DNA of 64,000 bases, taken from Sminthopsis crassicaudata. Its lineage: Eukaryota. Location: positions 35,889,148 to 35,953,147 of the forward strand of contig NC_133621.1 of assembly GCF_048593235.1 (NCBI RefSeq), read 5' to 3'. The stretch's first letter is position 1; every line of letters starts with the position of its first letter. Under the pieces are notes generated by a model, which was given only the letters and a program-made list of their open reading frames with translations, ran no database searches and was not told where the DNA came from. The translations under genes and the position numbers were made by a program. Shown here one piece after another: positions 40,273 through 53,898 of this stretch.

Positions 40273-40790
40273 AAAAATTATCATAGGGATCTCTTGCAGA
40301 GAACTACAAGAAACTGGTTGAAATCAGGATTGGATTAAGCTCCAAGCAATTTGTCATTTATTTGCTTAACTCCTAAGGTACTTTTTGTTATTTGGGGGCA
40401 TAAGAAATAGGCAGTGACATGTTACCTAGGTGTCCTGGAAATCATGAACTTCTGTCCTATTGAGGAGGTAACCCAAATTGATCTACTTCCAAAAACTATT
40501 GCACTTTTAAAAAATGAACCATTTGCTACTTTCTGTCTCACTGGGTGGACCAAATCCCTGAAACATTGGAGTAATAAATTAACCACATAAAAAATGCACC
40601 ATTTGGTTAGTTTTAATATATGTATGTCCTTATGTTAGATCAGCTACCAATTAAACTCAGGAAAAAGCTCATTGAGTAGCAAGATTTTAATTAGGGCCTC
40701 CAGCTGCTCTATCATCATCCTTGTGAGCATTCTCAAATTTTTGTAATCAAACAAATCTTTTCTGATATGCAAAGCATTATGTTCTAAGGT

Positions 40791-41070
40791 TAGGATTCTT
40801 AACTTGAAGTGCGTGGTTCTAATAGAGGTCAATAGATAGATTTTGGGACAGTCTGTGAATTTGGATGGAAAACTTACATCTTTATTCCAAAATAATTAGG
40901 TTCTTTTGTAATCTTGTGTAAAGAAATGAGCACATCTGCAATGAATCTTTTTTTGCCTCAAGATTTTGTAATCCTTAAATTAAAATATATGCATTTAAAA
41001 ACATCATTTTGAGAAGGGGCTCATAGTTTTTACCAGAGGGTCAAAGGGGTTCATAATATAAAAGATTCTA
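40791..41070 (+). mobile_element. Old hAT/Charlie-type MITE
   Basis: Degenerate TAGGATTCTTAACTTG start and internal TATGCATTTAAAAACATCATTTTGAGAAGGGG...AAAGGGGTTCAT, resembling mammalian Charlie-type MITE consensus. Confidence 0.55.
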
Positions 41071-41073
41071 AAA

Positions 41074-41332
41074 GCTGGGCATCCACTTCTAATCCCAGGG
41101 GCCAGGGAAGATGAAACTATTGGATGTCTTGAGCTAAAGTGGGCTAAGCTGAAAAGGTGTCTGCATTAAGTCTGGCACTAATATAGGTTCCAGGGGCCAC
41201 TAAGTTGCCTAGGGAAAGGTGAGAAGAAACAGAACAGGTCAAAGCCCGCATATTGATCCATATTTGGATCAGGCTTATGAGTAGCCTCTCTTCTTCCAGC
41301 CTGGGTGAGAGGAGGAGACCCATTCTTAAAAA
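41074..41332 (+). pseudogene. 7SL (SRP) RNA retropseudogene including the S domain
   Basis: Colinear matches to 7SL: GGTGTCTGCATTAAGTCTGGCACTAATAT, GGGGCCACTAAGTTGCCTAGGGAAAGGTGA, GAAACAGAACAGGTCAAA, TCCAGCCTGGG...GAGACCCATTCTT followed by A5. Confidence 0.88.
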
Positions 41333-41389
41333 GTGAAGAACTCATGCTTAGGGGCTGATATTTGACAAGTTCTTGTAGAGGGCTTCTTT

Positions 41390-41601
41390 NNNNNNNNNNN
41401 NNNNNNNNNNNNNNNNNNNNNNNNNNNNNNNNNNNNNNNNNNNNNNNNNNNNNNNNNNNNNNNNNNNNNNNNNNNNNNNNNNNNNNNNNNNNNNNNNNNN
41501 NNNNNNNNNNNNNNNNNNNNNNNNNNNNNNNNNNNNNNNNNNNNNNNNNNNNNNNNNNNNNNNNNNNNNNNNNNNNNNNNNNNNNNNNNNNNNNNNNNNN
41601 N
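41390..41601. other. Assembly gap
   Basis: Run of N. Confidence 1.
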
Positions 41602-44600
41602 TATGTATATATATGGCTAAAGCTGGTTAATTTTCCTAAAAATATTTACTTCTATTCTTTGAAATATTTCTATATCTTTAGTGATCTATGTACATAGAGG
41701 CAACACATTTGCAGATCACACAGGAGAAAACTCGTGAGAAACAAAACTGAAGTTTAGCTCTTTCTATTAAACACACGGTGTGGTCTATAATGTTACATGT
41801 GGAGAAAAACAAATTATTATTCCTTAGCTGTTTGTGTTACAGAACTATCTTAAATCTTGATGATCAGATGTTTATACACTAAGGTTGCTTTTTATGAGAG
41901 CCAAGAAGCCAATGTTTAAAAGAATGATGTTCTTGACGAAGATTTGAGGTATGGACAAACCCAGACAATTCACTTCTTGGTCTGAATGAGAACATATGGA
42001 CTTTAAAAAAAGGGTCTCCCACCCTATGACATTACAAAAAATGAGCATATATACAATGAATTTTTCACCCTAAGATTCTGAAGGCTTCTTTTAAGCTGAT
42101 GCTATATTTATTCAAACTTAATATTCTGGTCTCTGCTACCCAGAGTATTTATGGGGCTAGGAAGTCCCGGATTTGAATCCCACTTTAAATGCTTGATAAT
42201 TCTATGACTCTGGGAAATTTCTCATCTGTTTCCTCATTTAAAATTAGGTACAAAATTAACAACTATATGATGGGTTTGTTTTGAGGCTCAAATGAGATAA
42301 TGCAGGAATTCCCATTCTGGAATACATGTACAAGAAACCTGATAATGGGGTACTGGGAATATTTAGTAGATGACTATATAATCTTATTAAAATATTCCCA
42401 AAGTAGCATTATTAGTTGAAAAAATTATGAAATAATTTTAAAATGAAAAACTGATCTATATTATTTTATTTCTTAAATATGTATGCATGGTGATCTCTGG
42501 AATTTATTTTGTTTCATATTGAAAATTAAGTATAAAAGTTTTGTTGAAAACCAAGGGGTCTGGGTACCAACAAATGTGGTTACCAGTCCTTTTGTGAAAA
42601 TAATAACAATAGACCTGTACCCATACTATATGTACTTCTTAATCTCCTGCCAGAAGGCTCTTTAATGGTTGGGTGACTTAGCTCTTCCATGACCTGGTTG
42701 TTTTGGGGTTCTAGGTTTTGGAAAACTGGAATTGGCAGATTTAGAGATAAGATGTCTACTACTGAGTGAATATAAAATGGGTATGAAGGTGGGAGAGGAA
42801 ACTTAGAGCACTGGATCTCCAGATCCTAAATTTCTGAAATGATTTGTCAGATTGATAGGTTGATAATAATCCCTTTCTTGGAAATGGAAAAAAGAAAACA
42901 GACAGAGGCTATTAATTCCTGTTCTTGGGTGAAATAAAGGGAAGCTGCATGTCTCTGGCTTAAGACTCCCACACAATTGGTCTTTAAACACTGGACAAAT
43001 TATGGCTTATTGGTGAGGAGTGGTTACCCAGGAAAAAAGGGCAATGAGTATGACTAAGACTAATGTATTTTCTGGTTTTCTTGAGAACTTTTGGTGGTGA
43101 CTCAGATGAGTTCAGACTTGACAGTTCCTGGGTTCAAGCCCTATAGTTCACAGGGTAGTGGAGAGAGAGTTCTCCCCTTCCTTTCCCAAATAAATCATTA
43201 TTCCATCTTTATATAGAACTGACAAAACGGAGATGAAAAAATACCATTCCCTAAGTGATGAGTTTACTGTGGACATTTCTATCCCTGAACTTAGCAGCTT
43301 CATTATTTTCCCTATTCCATCCCATTCAGCCAATCTCTTTGACAGAACTATTGGTTTGAGGTGCTAGGTTTGAAGTGATAATAGAGTCTACATAAAATAT
43401 GATCCCTGCCCTCATAGAGCCTACAGCTTAGTAGGAGGATCTGAGACACACAAATGACAATGGCTGACATTTATATAATGTTTTATTCTCTATAATAGGC
43501 TTTAAACATGTCATCTCATTTGGCCTTCACAAGAACCTAGCAGAGTGGTCATTATTACAGCCATTTAATAGATGAAACTGAGACTCATATTTAAGTGATT
43601 TGGTGAGGTCACAGAGCAAGTTAGGGGCAGAGAAGGAATCAAACTCAAGGTTCCAGATTCCCAATTTGCTGTTCAGTCATAGCCCTGGGAACCCTGCTGC
43701 CTGTAGGTTTTTCTTGGCAAAGAAACTGGAATGATTTGTCATTTCTTTCTTCAACTCATTTTACAGATGAGGAAACTGAGACAAACATGGTGAAGTGACT
43801 TGCTCAGGGTCACACAGCTAGCAAGTGTCTAAGGCTGAATTTGAACTCAGGAAGAAGGGTCCTCCAGATTGTAGTCTCAGTGCTCTATTCACTGAGCAAC
43901 TTAACTGCTACCTATTTTTCACTATCCCACCACTATCAAAACTAGAATAAAAATTTTTATGAAATATAAAAAAAGCAACTGAATGTAGGAAGAGGGAGGA
44001 TTGGGGATGTCTTCAAGGAAGGAATTCTGAGGCTCAATTTTAAATTATGGATAGGGATTTAACAGGAAAATGGGATAAAAAGTGAATTTAAGCAAAGACA
44101 CGGGGCCAGGCAGGAATTGGACTTAGGTGGAGCAAGGGGACTGGTTTATGTTAGCCAGAGTTTCTTGGAGGAAAATGCTAGAACTAGGTTGGAAAAAGAG
44201 GATGGCACCAAACTGTGGAGGGTGTTAAAAGCTTGACTGAAGGAAGATTATTCAGAGAAGCAACAATTAAGTAGGGGGAGAACCCGCAGAAGGTAGTGAC
44301 TTGGAACCTGAAGCAGGAGAGACTATCCAGAGGGAACTGAGTCAGGTGGTCAGCAGTCCCAAACTATTCCCAGAGGTCATAGCTGATGAACTGAACAAGG
44401 ACAAAAGATCTATGTTTATGTTTATGGTAACCTTTAAGTTAGTCTTTAGTCTAGTGATCTGGAGACTGCAAGGAACTTAGGAGACAGAGGTTAGTAAGGA
44501 AGGAGAAATGGGATCAGTTAAGTGGCTCACAATGTAGTTAAGGCTGGCTATGGAGGCAACAAAACTGGGAAGGCAGAAGTCGTTGGGGGAACAAGAGGGC

Positions 44601-46061
44601 CCAAGGGACAGAAGGTTCAAATGAAGTTGGCTTAGCTTTGGTATGAATGTGGGAGTCAGAGATAAAAACAGAGTAATTTTGGCATCTCAGACAAGGAACA
44701 AGAAATGTGCCTGGGGTAAAGAGCACCAATGACGTCTTTGTGTCAGCTTTCCAGTTGAAGGAATGCATATGCTAAACTTTTGCACTTCCTAAATATCGGT
44801 GGCCTAGTCAAAACCCCAGTTGCTACACTCTCCATACAACTTTGGGTAGATGAATAGAAATATGTATAGAGTGTAGTAATTTGTGTATTTTAGAATTTTA
44901 GAACCAGAAATGATCTTAGAGATCATTGAATTCAATCCCATTATTTTGCAGATGGGAAAACCAAGGCTAGGAGAAGTAAATTAATTTCCCAAAGTTAAAA
45001 GAGCTTGTTAATGGAGAACTGGAATTTTTCCTGACTACCAGCCCAGTACGCTTTTTTAATTTATATGGGAATTTGAAATTTAATCAACTAAGATCAAGGT
45101 TGTTTATAGTTTAAGATGAGGAAAATTTCTATCCTTTCTCCTCTCCTCCCCCCACCCCCCTACAATGTTACCTTAAAAAAGGTACATCAGCAAAACATTT
45201 CTATAATGCTTAGCAAGTTCTAAGAGTTCATATTTTGTATGTGTTCCATACCCACTAGATTAAACCTTATCTTCCATTTTAAAAATTACTGTCAGACAAG
45301 ACATTTGATTAAAGGGTTGATATGTAGAATCTCATTTTATATGTCTAGGGAGACCTCTTCGTTTCTACTTGGCCTTAACAATATCTTAGTAGGAAAAAAT
45401 TAGTTTTATCTTTACCTGGGTAGAAGTTATGACATCACAACTTTTGGCTCAATGTTAGGAAAAAATTCCTAAAATTAAAAATTGTCTAGAGATAGAAAGT
45501 TTGTCCTCGTGGGCAGTTCTGCTTCCCTGGAGTTTATCAAGCAGAGGCTAAAAGACTGTGATTGGGGATGTTGAAAGGATTCTCTTTGGGGTCAGAGTTT
45601 ATAGGATCATTGATTTAGAATTGAAAGGGATTTTAGAAAATGCTTAGTGCAATTCTCTTTTTTCCAGTTGAGGAAAGTAAAGTCAAGAGAGATGAAGGGA
45701 TAAATTTCATTGTCCTTCAACTGCTTTTTGGATTAATAGACCACAGCAGTCCCTCTCACCCCATGGATTTGCTGCTCCAGTGTGCCTACTGCCTGAGAAA
45801 TACTTTTAAAAATTTCTGGTTCTTAAGAGTCTTGGAGAAATTCCAGTTAAATGTTAGGGGCCCAGATTCCCCTTGTGAATCTGTTTTTACCTAAAGTTCT
45901 CTTGTCTTCATTCTCACTCTTATAGAGTCAAGGATAAAACTGCTTCAGCAGCTAAAGCCAAGAAAATCAATGCCAGATATGTAGCTATCAGTGCAGAGTA
46001 TATTTGGTGTAGACTATTACTGCTACTAAGTGCTGAATGCAGTTATTTTTTGCCTCGTGGC

Positions 46062-46163
46062 TATAAAACACACACAGCTGCTACGTGATTATAAAAAGCT
46101 GTTGGCCTTTGCAGAAGCTTTCCTTAACGGTTGCTGTGATTTATTTGGACTTCACTGAAAATA
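46062..46163 (+). promoter_or_regulatory. Candidate COL6A4 core promoter and non-coding first exon (speculative)
   Basis: Two TATAAAA boxes (46062, 46090) in non-repetitive DNA ~4 kb upstream of the first coding exon, followed by a weak donor ATA|GTAATT at 46164. The coding exon at 50170 has an acceptor, so an upstream exon must exist somewhere. Confidence 0.2.
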
Positions 46164-47759
46164 GTAATTATTGGCTTGTACTCTTCTAATTCCTCATTTC
46201 CATGAATAATAGTGACAATAATGGTAATTCTAATAATGAAGATAATGGAAAAATAGATCCTGTTCTAGCTTATTTTCTCCCTGACCTGGCTAGCCCAATA
46301 ATTTTTAATATTAATGTATTATAATTAAAATAATGGTTACCTGGATTTTTAAAAAAGCAATCTTCTCTTTAGGAAGATATGTTTGATAGAATAATTTGGA
46401 GCATGGAACTTATATTTCTTCCATAGACAGATCTTTCACAGTCTTTCTCTGCCAAGAGAAGTGGATTCTTGGAAAAAGCTGGTGAAATTTCTGGCTGGGA
46501 AGTACTTCCTTGAGGGTTCCTCCAGGAAGAATGAATGAAGAAATGAAAAAGCACTTATAATATACCCCAGGCACTGTGCTAAGTGGTATGGTTACATATA
46601 CAAAAATCAAGACAGTCCCTGCCCTCCAAAAACTTACTAAAATAGCATGTTAGGGGAATGAGGGTGAAGGAAATGTTTTGTCTGGAAAATCCAGATTGGT
46701 GAATGGAGCCACAGGACAATTGATTGATTCATTCTTTCCTGGAATGGAAATGGTAGTTTGATTATCATTTGCAGAGCTAGCAGGTGAAGGGGTTTGGGGT
46801 TAGGAAGAATAAGGAAATGACTTGAAATGAAGACAGAAAGAAATCTGGATCTGTGCTACATATGGAGCCCAGGGCTCCAGGAAAGGCACTGGAGTATTAG
46901 GTGGGAAGCAGAAGTTGGCATCTGGAGGTACAATATGATCAGAGAGTAAGTGTCTCAGTACGGATGACCCTGAATGTTGAGGGAATTGGTATAGTATTGA
47001 AGATATTTGACAGAGTGATGAGTTAGGAAAAAAAGAAATAAATATTCCCTATCCATATTCAATGTCAATCAATCAAATAATCAGTTAACATCTATTAAGC
47101 GATGACCATCTGTCAGATACTGCACTAGGAGGAACTGTTGATACAAAGTAAAACATGAAAATTTAATCCTCAAGCTTACGTTTTGGTAGGCTACATGTAT
47201 ACAGATAAGAGTATACAAAATGATACAAGGTGAGTGGAGAGATATAGAAAGAGAAATACCTGTCAGTTGGCTAGTGTTTTTTCCTCTTAAAAGTAATTGA
47301 AATTATCCTCAAGACTTTATTGGCTCAGGGGATGAAGGCATGGACCAAAATAGCTTCCAGGCGGCCTGAGAACAAAATAAACTATGAACAGAAGAGATCA
47401 GTAGCATTTCCCTTAAGCTTCTGACCATCAGAGTGAAGTGACCATGCAGAGACTAAGAAGCAACACTCAATTGAATCAATGCTGTGTCCTTTTTGAATAT
47501 TCCTCTTCATACTATGGATAATTAAATTTCCTTTTGTTAGTTCCTGGATGGTATAAGGATGATTCATATCATTGCAAACTTGAACCTGAACCAGAGGGGT
47601 TCAAGAAAGGCTTCAATGGTATCCTTTCTAAAGAAAGGTGAAAATGCATTTATCTAGCACCTACTATATTCCAAGCACTAGACTAAACTTGTTCCAAATT
47701 TTATCTCATTTTGATTTAGTTACTTGTCAAAATTCAGCAGCCATCATGTGCCTACTATG

Positions 47760-48400
47760 CAAAGACACAAATTGAACAGGTGCTGCCCTCATGGAGGTTA
47801 TATTTTACTGAGCAAGTATAACATGTTCATAAGTAAACACAAGGTGCTTTTAGGAGGGAGCTGATGCTACTGACAATTGAGGATTTTCATAGGATGTGGA
47901 TCTTGATGGAAGGTAAGAATTCAGAAAAGTAAAGGTGAGGAGTGAGTATTTTTCTGGTAGAGGGAATGATGAATAAATGATGGGAGAGAAAGGTTAAGTT
48001 TGAGGAGCAATTAATATGAAAGGCAAGAGAATAAACTAAGTGTGAAAGGATAGGTCAGAGGCAAATTGTGGGGAAGGCTTAAAGGTCAAACTAAGGCATT
48101 TATATTTTATTCTATAGGTCATGAAGAGCATTACGAATTTTTGCCCAGGGAAATAACACGACATCTGAGTAGTAGGAAAATTATTTTGGCAGTTGTATGG
48201 AGGACAGATTGGAGACCAGAGATTTGTAGAAGCTAGGGAACCAAGGAGGAAGCTTTTGCAATAGTAAGGCAAGAAGAATGATGGAACCTGAACTAGGATG
48301 GTGGCTTTTTTCTGTACACAGAAAAGAATGGAGGCAATAGAGTCATTATGGAGGCGGAATCTGTTAAAAGAGTTTCTTTTCCATACATTCTGCTCTTTGT
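47760..48400 (-). mobile_element. Ancient L2 remnant
   Basis: Antisense L2-like purine-rich sequence; boundaries approximate. Confidence 0.45.
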
Positions 48401-48493
48401 GCTATGTGTATTCTGGAAATGGAGATGTGCCTGAAAAATTATTGCTTTTCTTGAAGTTCTTTGGAGACAGATTCAAAGGTCAGAAAGCAAATT

Positions 48494-48695
48494 NNNNNNN
48501 NNNNNNNNNNNNNNNNNNNNNNNNNNNNNNNNNNNNNNNNNNNNNNNNNNNNNNNNNNNNNNNNNNNNNNNNNNNNNNNNNNNNNNNNNNNNNNNNNNNN
48601 NNNNNNNNNNNNNNNNNNNNNNNNNNNNNNNNNNNNNNNNNNNNNNNNNNNNNNNNNNNNNNNNNNNNNNNNNNNNNNNNNNNNNNNNNNNNNNN
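48494..48695. other. Assembly gap
   Basis: Run of N, adjoining a CT-rich low-complexity tract. Confidence 1.
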
Positions 48696-48819
48696 TTTTC
48701 TTCTTTTCCTCCTTATTCCTCCTCCTCCTCTTTCTCCTCCTTCTTGTTCTCGCTCTTTCTCTTCCTTCTCTTCTTCTCCTTCCATCCTTATTCCTTCTCC
48801 TCCTCCTTTTCTTTACTTT

Positions 48820-49575
48820 TCTTTTTTAATAGGCTTTTCTTTTTTCCTATTACATGTAAAGATAATTTTTAACATTCATTTTAAAAATAATATTGAGTTA
48901 CATTATAGATAACTTATTTTCTTTTTTTAAAAGCATTAATAGTATTTTATTTTTCCAAATTAATGTAAAGATAGTTTTCAACATTCATCTTTATAAGATT
49001 TTGAATTCCAATTTTTTTATTCAATCCTCTCTTATGCCTCCCCTCTCCCCAAAACAGGAAGTCATCTGATATAGGTTATACATATATACTCATTTTCCAT
49101 ATTGGTCATGTTTGAAAGAAAAATCAGAACAAAAGGAAAAAGCTGTGATAAAGAAAAAAGCAAGCAACAAAAAACTGAAAATTGTATTTGTCAATCCACA
49201 TTCAGTCTTTGTAATTTTCTCTCTGGATGCAGATGGCATTTTCCATCCCAAGTCTATTGGCATTGTCTTGGATCAGTGTATTTCTGAGAAGAGCTAAACC
49301 TATTATAATTGATCATCATATAATCTTATTGTTACTGGGTACAGTATTCTCTTGGTTCTCTCACTTTACCCAGCACCAGCTCATGTAAGCCCAGGCTTTT
49401 TTGAAATCAGTTTGCTCATAGGAGGATATGAGTAATAGGATGATAATATTCCATAACATTCATATACCATAAGTTATTCAGCTATTCCCCAACTGATGGG
49501 CATTCACTCAGTTTCTAGTTTCTTGCCACTACAAAAGGGATGCTACAAACATTTTTGGACTTGTGAATGAATCCT
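48820..49575 (-). mobile_element. Older L1 3' end
   Basis: Antisense L1 3'UTR and ORF2 terminus (ATAATATTCCATAACATTCATATACCAT...GATGGGCATTCACTC). Confidence 0.75.
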
Positions 49576-49595
49576 TTTCCCTGTTTTATGTAGAT

Positions 49596-49769
49596 CCTAC
49601 TTTCTTCGACTGTGGGTCACAACCCCATATGGGATTTTATAACTGAATGTGGAGGTCATGAAATTATAATTTATTATCAGTAAATGTTTGATTTGTACAT
49701 TATTTGGGCTCACACAAAAATTTCTTGAGCAAAAAGGGGTTGTGGATGGAAAAAGTTTAAGAACCCCAG
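49596..49769. mobile_element. hAT/Charlie-type MITE
   Basis: Right end AAAAGTTTAAGAACCCCAG; 8-bp TSD ATGTAGAT (49588-49595) / ATCTAGAT (49770-49777), a Charlie-like nTCTAGAn target. Confidence 0.7.
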
Positions 49770-50182
49770 ATCTAGATGCTTCAGAGAGAAAGACCGCAAG
49801 AAATATTTTCAGGCTGAGTCAAGACAGATGTCTTCATGACATAGTTAAATATATTTACAACTGTATACAAATGTTTATCTAGTTGCTGAATTCTGATTTT
49901 ATACAGGCACAATTCTCTTGAAATATTTATTTTCTGTCCACTCATTTCAGTCTGTGATACTGGATTCCCACCTCTTAAACTCATTATTCTGTTTATGATG
50001 ATTTCTTGGGAGAGATTTGAATTATAAAGGGCTTTTTGGAGTATTTAAAATCCTTTCCATGTTCGACTTACACCACTTGTTCTTAGCACTCTCAAAGTAA
50101 TAATGCGTGATTGAAGGTTTTGCTGTTTTATTAGAAGACGTCTTAATCCTAATTTCTTTCTTTTTCTAGTCCCGGTGCTGGC

Positions 50183-50258
50183 ATGGATGTGTTTCCACCC
50201 TTGCTTTGGGTCATTCTCTTGGCAGCTACCTTCTCCTCAGTCAAGCCACAGAGAAATG
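50183..50258 (+). CDS. COL6A4: Collagen VI alpha-4, first coding exon (signal peptide MDVFPPLLWVILLAATFSSVKPQRN); exon spans 50170-50258
   Basis: Acceptor TTTTTCTAG at 50168-50169, strong Kozak GGCATGG, hydrophobic core, phase-1 donor G|GTAAT. It joins in frame to give VKPQRNVCREAAAADVVFLVD, matching my recollection of mouse Col6a4 VKSQRIVCREASVGDIVFLV. Confidence 0.85.
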
Positions 50259-52346
50259 GTAATATATCTCTTCTGCTTTTGTTTATAGATGATAATTACA
50301 TTGGTAATGTAGCATAGTTTTAGCAAAAAGCTAAAAAGGTGGCAGAAGAATCCACAAATAAAAAAATATGAAAAAAGTAATTTGAAAGGTAGGCTCATTT
50401 ATGTGCATCTCACCGGGATCTTAGAAAATATTGGGGCTCAACACCTTTTATAAATGGGAAAACCAAGGCCCAAAGAGAGGCAGAAAAAGACCCAAGAACA
50501 CAGATCTAACCAGAAGGGCTGGGTTCCAAATGAAGACTTTCAGATTCCAAAGCTAATACTCTTTTTCTTTTGCCTTCCATTCCTCTCATCTCTATAGCTA
50601 TTCCCCAACTGAACTGTGGATATGTGATTTCATTTTTTAAAAAAACCTACGTGATAACTATTAAGGCAGAAATCAATATATATATTTGACGATTTTAATC
50701 AGCACAGAAAATATATTTTGAAGATATATTAATATACATTTTGTTTTATTTTGTTTGGCAGAACCACCCAGATAGGAGCAGTAGCTCTGTGATTCCTGAT
50801 AAAAATTAATGGCTTTATCTATAGCTGGTGATACTTTTCCAATTTTCTCATTTTTATTTTAACAAAAGCTTTTGTAAGATAGAAAGCTAATTAAGAAAAG
50901 ATTGTCTGCTCAACGGTAGTTTTTCATGGATACCTCACAGAGGTTTATGCATTTGAATACAGTAATGAGTTTTTGTTGGGAAAAAATAAGCTCTGTCCTA
51001 GCTAACTTAAAGCTATTTGAATTTTGAATTCATCTCTAACATGCCAATGAATGGGAGCTTTGGCTGTAATAGACTTTTTATAATTTAAAAATATGGCAAA
51101 ATAAATTAAAAAGAGGGTTAGCTATTGGATAGAGTAGAGAAAGAAATGATGTCTAAAGATACAATATATCTCTTGATGTTTCCTAAATCCTTGTGCAAGA
51201 TTGAACCGATTAATATTTGCCAAACAAGTTTTTTATGTACGGCCAAGGAATTTTTCTGATAACTGAGAATAAGAGCTAAGGAAGGGCTTGATAGTCTGTA
51301 TTTTGTTTCTCTTTAAAAATGAGAACTCTAGATGGCCATTATGCTTGGAATTCTAGCTAATCACCAGGCTGGTATGTTCCTTCCTCCAGGCAGAAAGAAG
51401 GTAAAATTGGATTCCAATTGTAATCACTAATCCAATTCCATTTTCCATTTTCTCTTTTCTCATGAAGAAATTTGGCTTTGTGAACTGCTCCTAAAATCCA
51501 TGGTTTCTGGCTGAAAATAGTTTCCTTGAATCATGGGCTTCCTATGTTAACTAATACAAATTGAAACTTTTCCTCCTTTTTATGTAAACCTTGCATTCTT
51601 CTCCCATGTTCTCTTTTTCTCGTAACCTTTAATGTTTAGGCTGCTCTTAATAGGAATATTTAATCTTAAGTAATTCCATGCTTCTGTTAGTGTGATAGGT
51701 TAGAGGGAATCTGGTATGGGAGCCAGAAAACCCCGACACATCTGTTCCTGGCTGGGTGACTCACTTATTTTCTTTGCTCTTCAGTGGAAATGACCCTGGT
51801 TTGGGAACCAGAGGACCCAGATTCCAACTGAGTTACTTTCCTTTCCTGAGGAATCAGAGGTGGGATTCAGACCCATGAGAGGAGCTTAGTTTCTCTTCTG
51901 TGAAATGAAGGTTGGGGTTAGCTATCCTGTGAGCTATATAGAGCACTGTGTAGCTCTACATCTTTTTATTATTTGTACCCCAGCACTGAGCATGGTACCG
52001 GGCACATAGTAGGCACTTAAATACTGTTTATTGGGCTGGCTAGATTTATGATCTTTTATCATTAAGATGAAAGGTGCTAGTAGAGATAACCTGGAATCCC
52101 CTGTCTCTCAGATTCCCTCTCTCTCTCATTCAATGCAATTTAACCACTGTAAAGTCTAAGTTCCAGGCACTCTTTCCAGACCCCAGGAACACAAAGACGA
52201 AATTGAAATAATCCATAACTTCAAGGATTTTACTTTCTACAAAGGGGAACAATAGAAATGTGTTTTGGTAAATGCATTAAAATTATTTTAGGGTTAGGAT
52301 GGCAAGGAGTAACAACTGGAGGGATTTGGAAAGGCTTATTCTAGGG

Positions 52347-52537
52347 CAGGGGTTCTTAAACTACAGCCCATGGGCCAGATGCGGCCCGCTGTGGACATTT
52401 ATGCAGCCCTCCTGGTTATGGCAAATGGACTGAGGGGCGGAGGCAGAGTGTGAGTTTTTGTTTTTACTATAGTCCGGCCCTCCCACAGTCTGAGGGATAG
52501 TGAACTGGCCCCTGTTTAAAAAATTTGAGGACCGCTG
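52347..52537 (+). mobile_element. hAT MITE of OposCharlie1 (OC1) type in a COL6A4 intron
   Basis: TIRs CAGGGGTTCTTAAACT / AATTTGAGGACCGCTG; 5' sequence CAGGGGTTCTTAAACTACAGCCCATGGGCCAGATGCGGCCC; 8-bp TSD TTCTAGGG (52339-52346) / TTCTAGGA (52538-52545). Confidence 0.8.
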
Positions 52538-52629
52538 TTCTAGGAGGTCACTCTTCACCTGTGTATTGAAGGGCATCATCAAGTATTCCTACAAAATGGG
52601 GGTGAAGACTAAGAACATTCAGGGGCATG

Positions 52630-52748
52630 GTATGCCTTGCCCAGGGTCACAGTCTAGTTAGTGTCTGAGGCCAGATTTGAACTCAGAAAGAGGAGTCCTC
52701 TTGACTCTAGCCCTGATTCTCTACCCACTGCATCATCTAGCTGCCCCA
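52630..52748 (-). mobile_element. tRNA-derived SINE
   Basis: GGGGCAGCTAGATGATGCAGTGGGTAGAG head on the minus strand. Confidence 0.8.
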
Positions 52749-53898
52749 AAGTGATATATAAGGGACAGTTTTTAGGATAATGACTTTAATTTTAATTAAT
52801 TCTGATTCAGTTCATTCAATAAATATTGAATTGGATTGAATTGACTTTTATTATGTTTTTATTTTGAATTTTTATCACTTGGATCCAGTAGAATAATGTA
52901 CCTTGTCAAAAGTTCTTTCTTGTTTTCCACCTATCTAAAAGTCTTTTCACGGGGAAAGTTGTCAAGAATAGAGGAGTGGATGTGTGTTTTCTGAGGACTT
53001 ATCTAGATCAGTTCAGAAAGGCCACCTGAGGCTGGCCACAGAGAGAGGAAACTTTTGGTGACACGAATGGTTTTTTGGAGACAAATGAAGACTTTTAAAA
53101 TGAATCTTTTGAAATCCACTTTTTAAAAATAATGGCTTTTTATTTTTCAGAATACATGCAAAGATAGTTTTCAATGTTCACCCTTGTGAAACCTTGTGTT
53201 CCCAATTTTTCTCTCTCCTCCCTTCCACCTTCCCCAGATAGCAAGAAATCCAAAGTAGATTAAACATGGGTGACACTAACTTTTGAAGACTATCTCTTAA
53301 TTCACAGAAGCTGGTAATCTGTTAGTGAAGGGAATTCCTACATCAGTAGAGATGGGAATCCTTGAATTGTATCTTCTCACCAGTTCCCTGCCCATTTTGT
53401 CTATCTTGGGTGATAGTGATCCAGTTTGTGGTTTTATAGCTCCTGATCCTGATCAAATAATGCCCACAATTTGAATGACTTGGCAAGATAAAAGGAGGAG
53501 AAAGAAAAGACACAGGAATAAACCGGGGTTCAAACCCTGATCCGTGTGCCATTGGGCAGCTCACGTAACTCCCCTGGGCTCAGTTTCCCCATGTGGTGTG
53601 ATGGCTGGCCCTGAGCTTGTCTGTGACAGGAGACCGCATTATTCTGATTTTGGACTGAGCCCATGCCAGGACGGTGTCTCTGTTTCTCTTGTCGCCCATC
53701 CTGGTCTGTGGCTTGCTGGCCTGGAGCAAGTAGGAGGGCGGTGTGGGGAGGCAGAGCCACAGATTGACTGGTGGCGGGGGAAGGTGAGGGATGGAGACAG
53801 GTTGATCCAGGCCACTTCTCTTTGGGGCCAGCCCATCTTGAATTCATTTATGCCCCTTTTTCCTGGCTTCCTTTAAAGTCCCGGCCTCTCCTTTCCAG

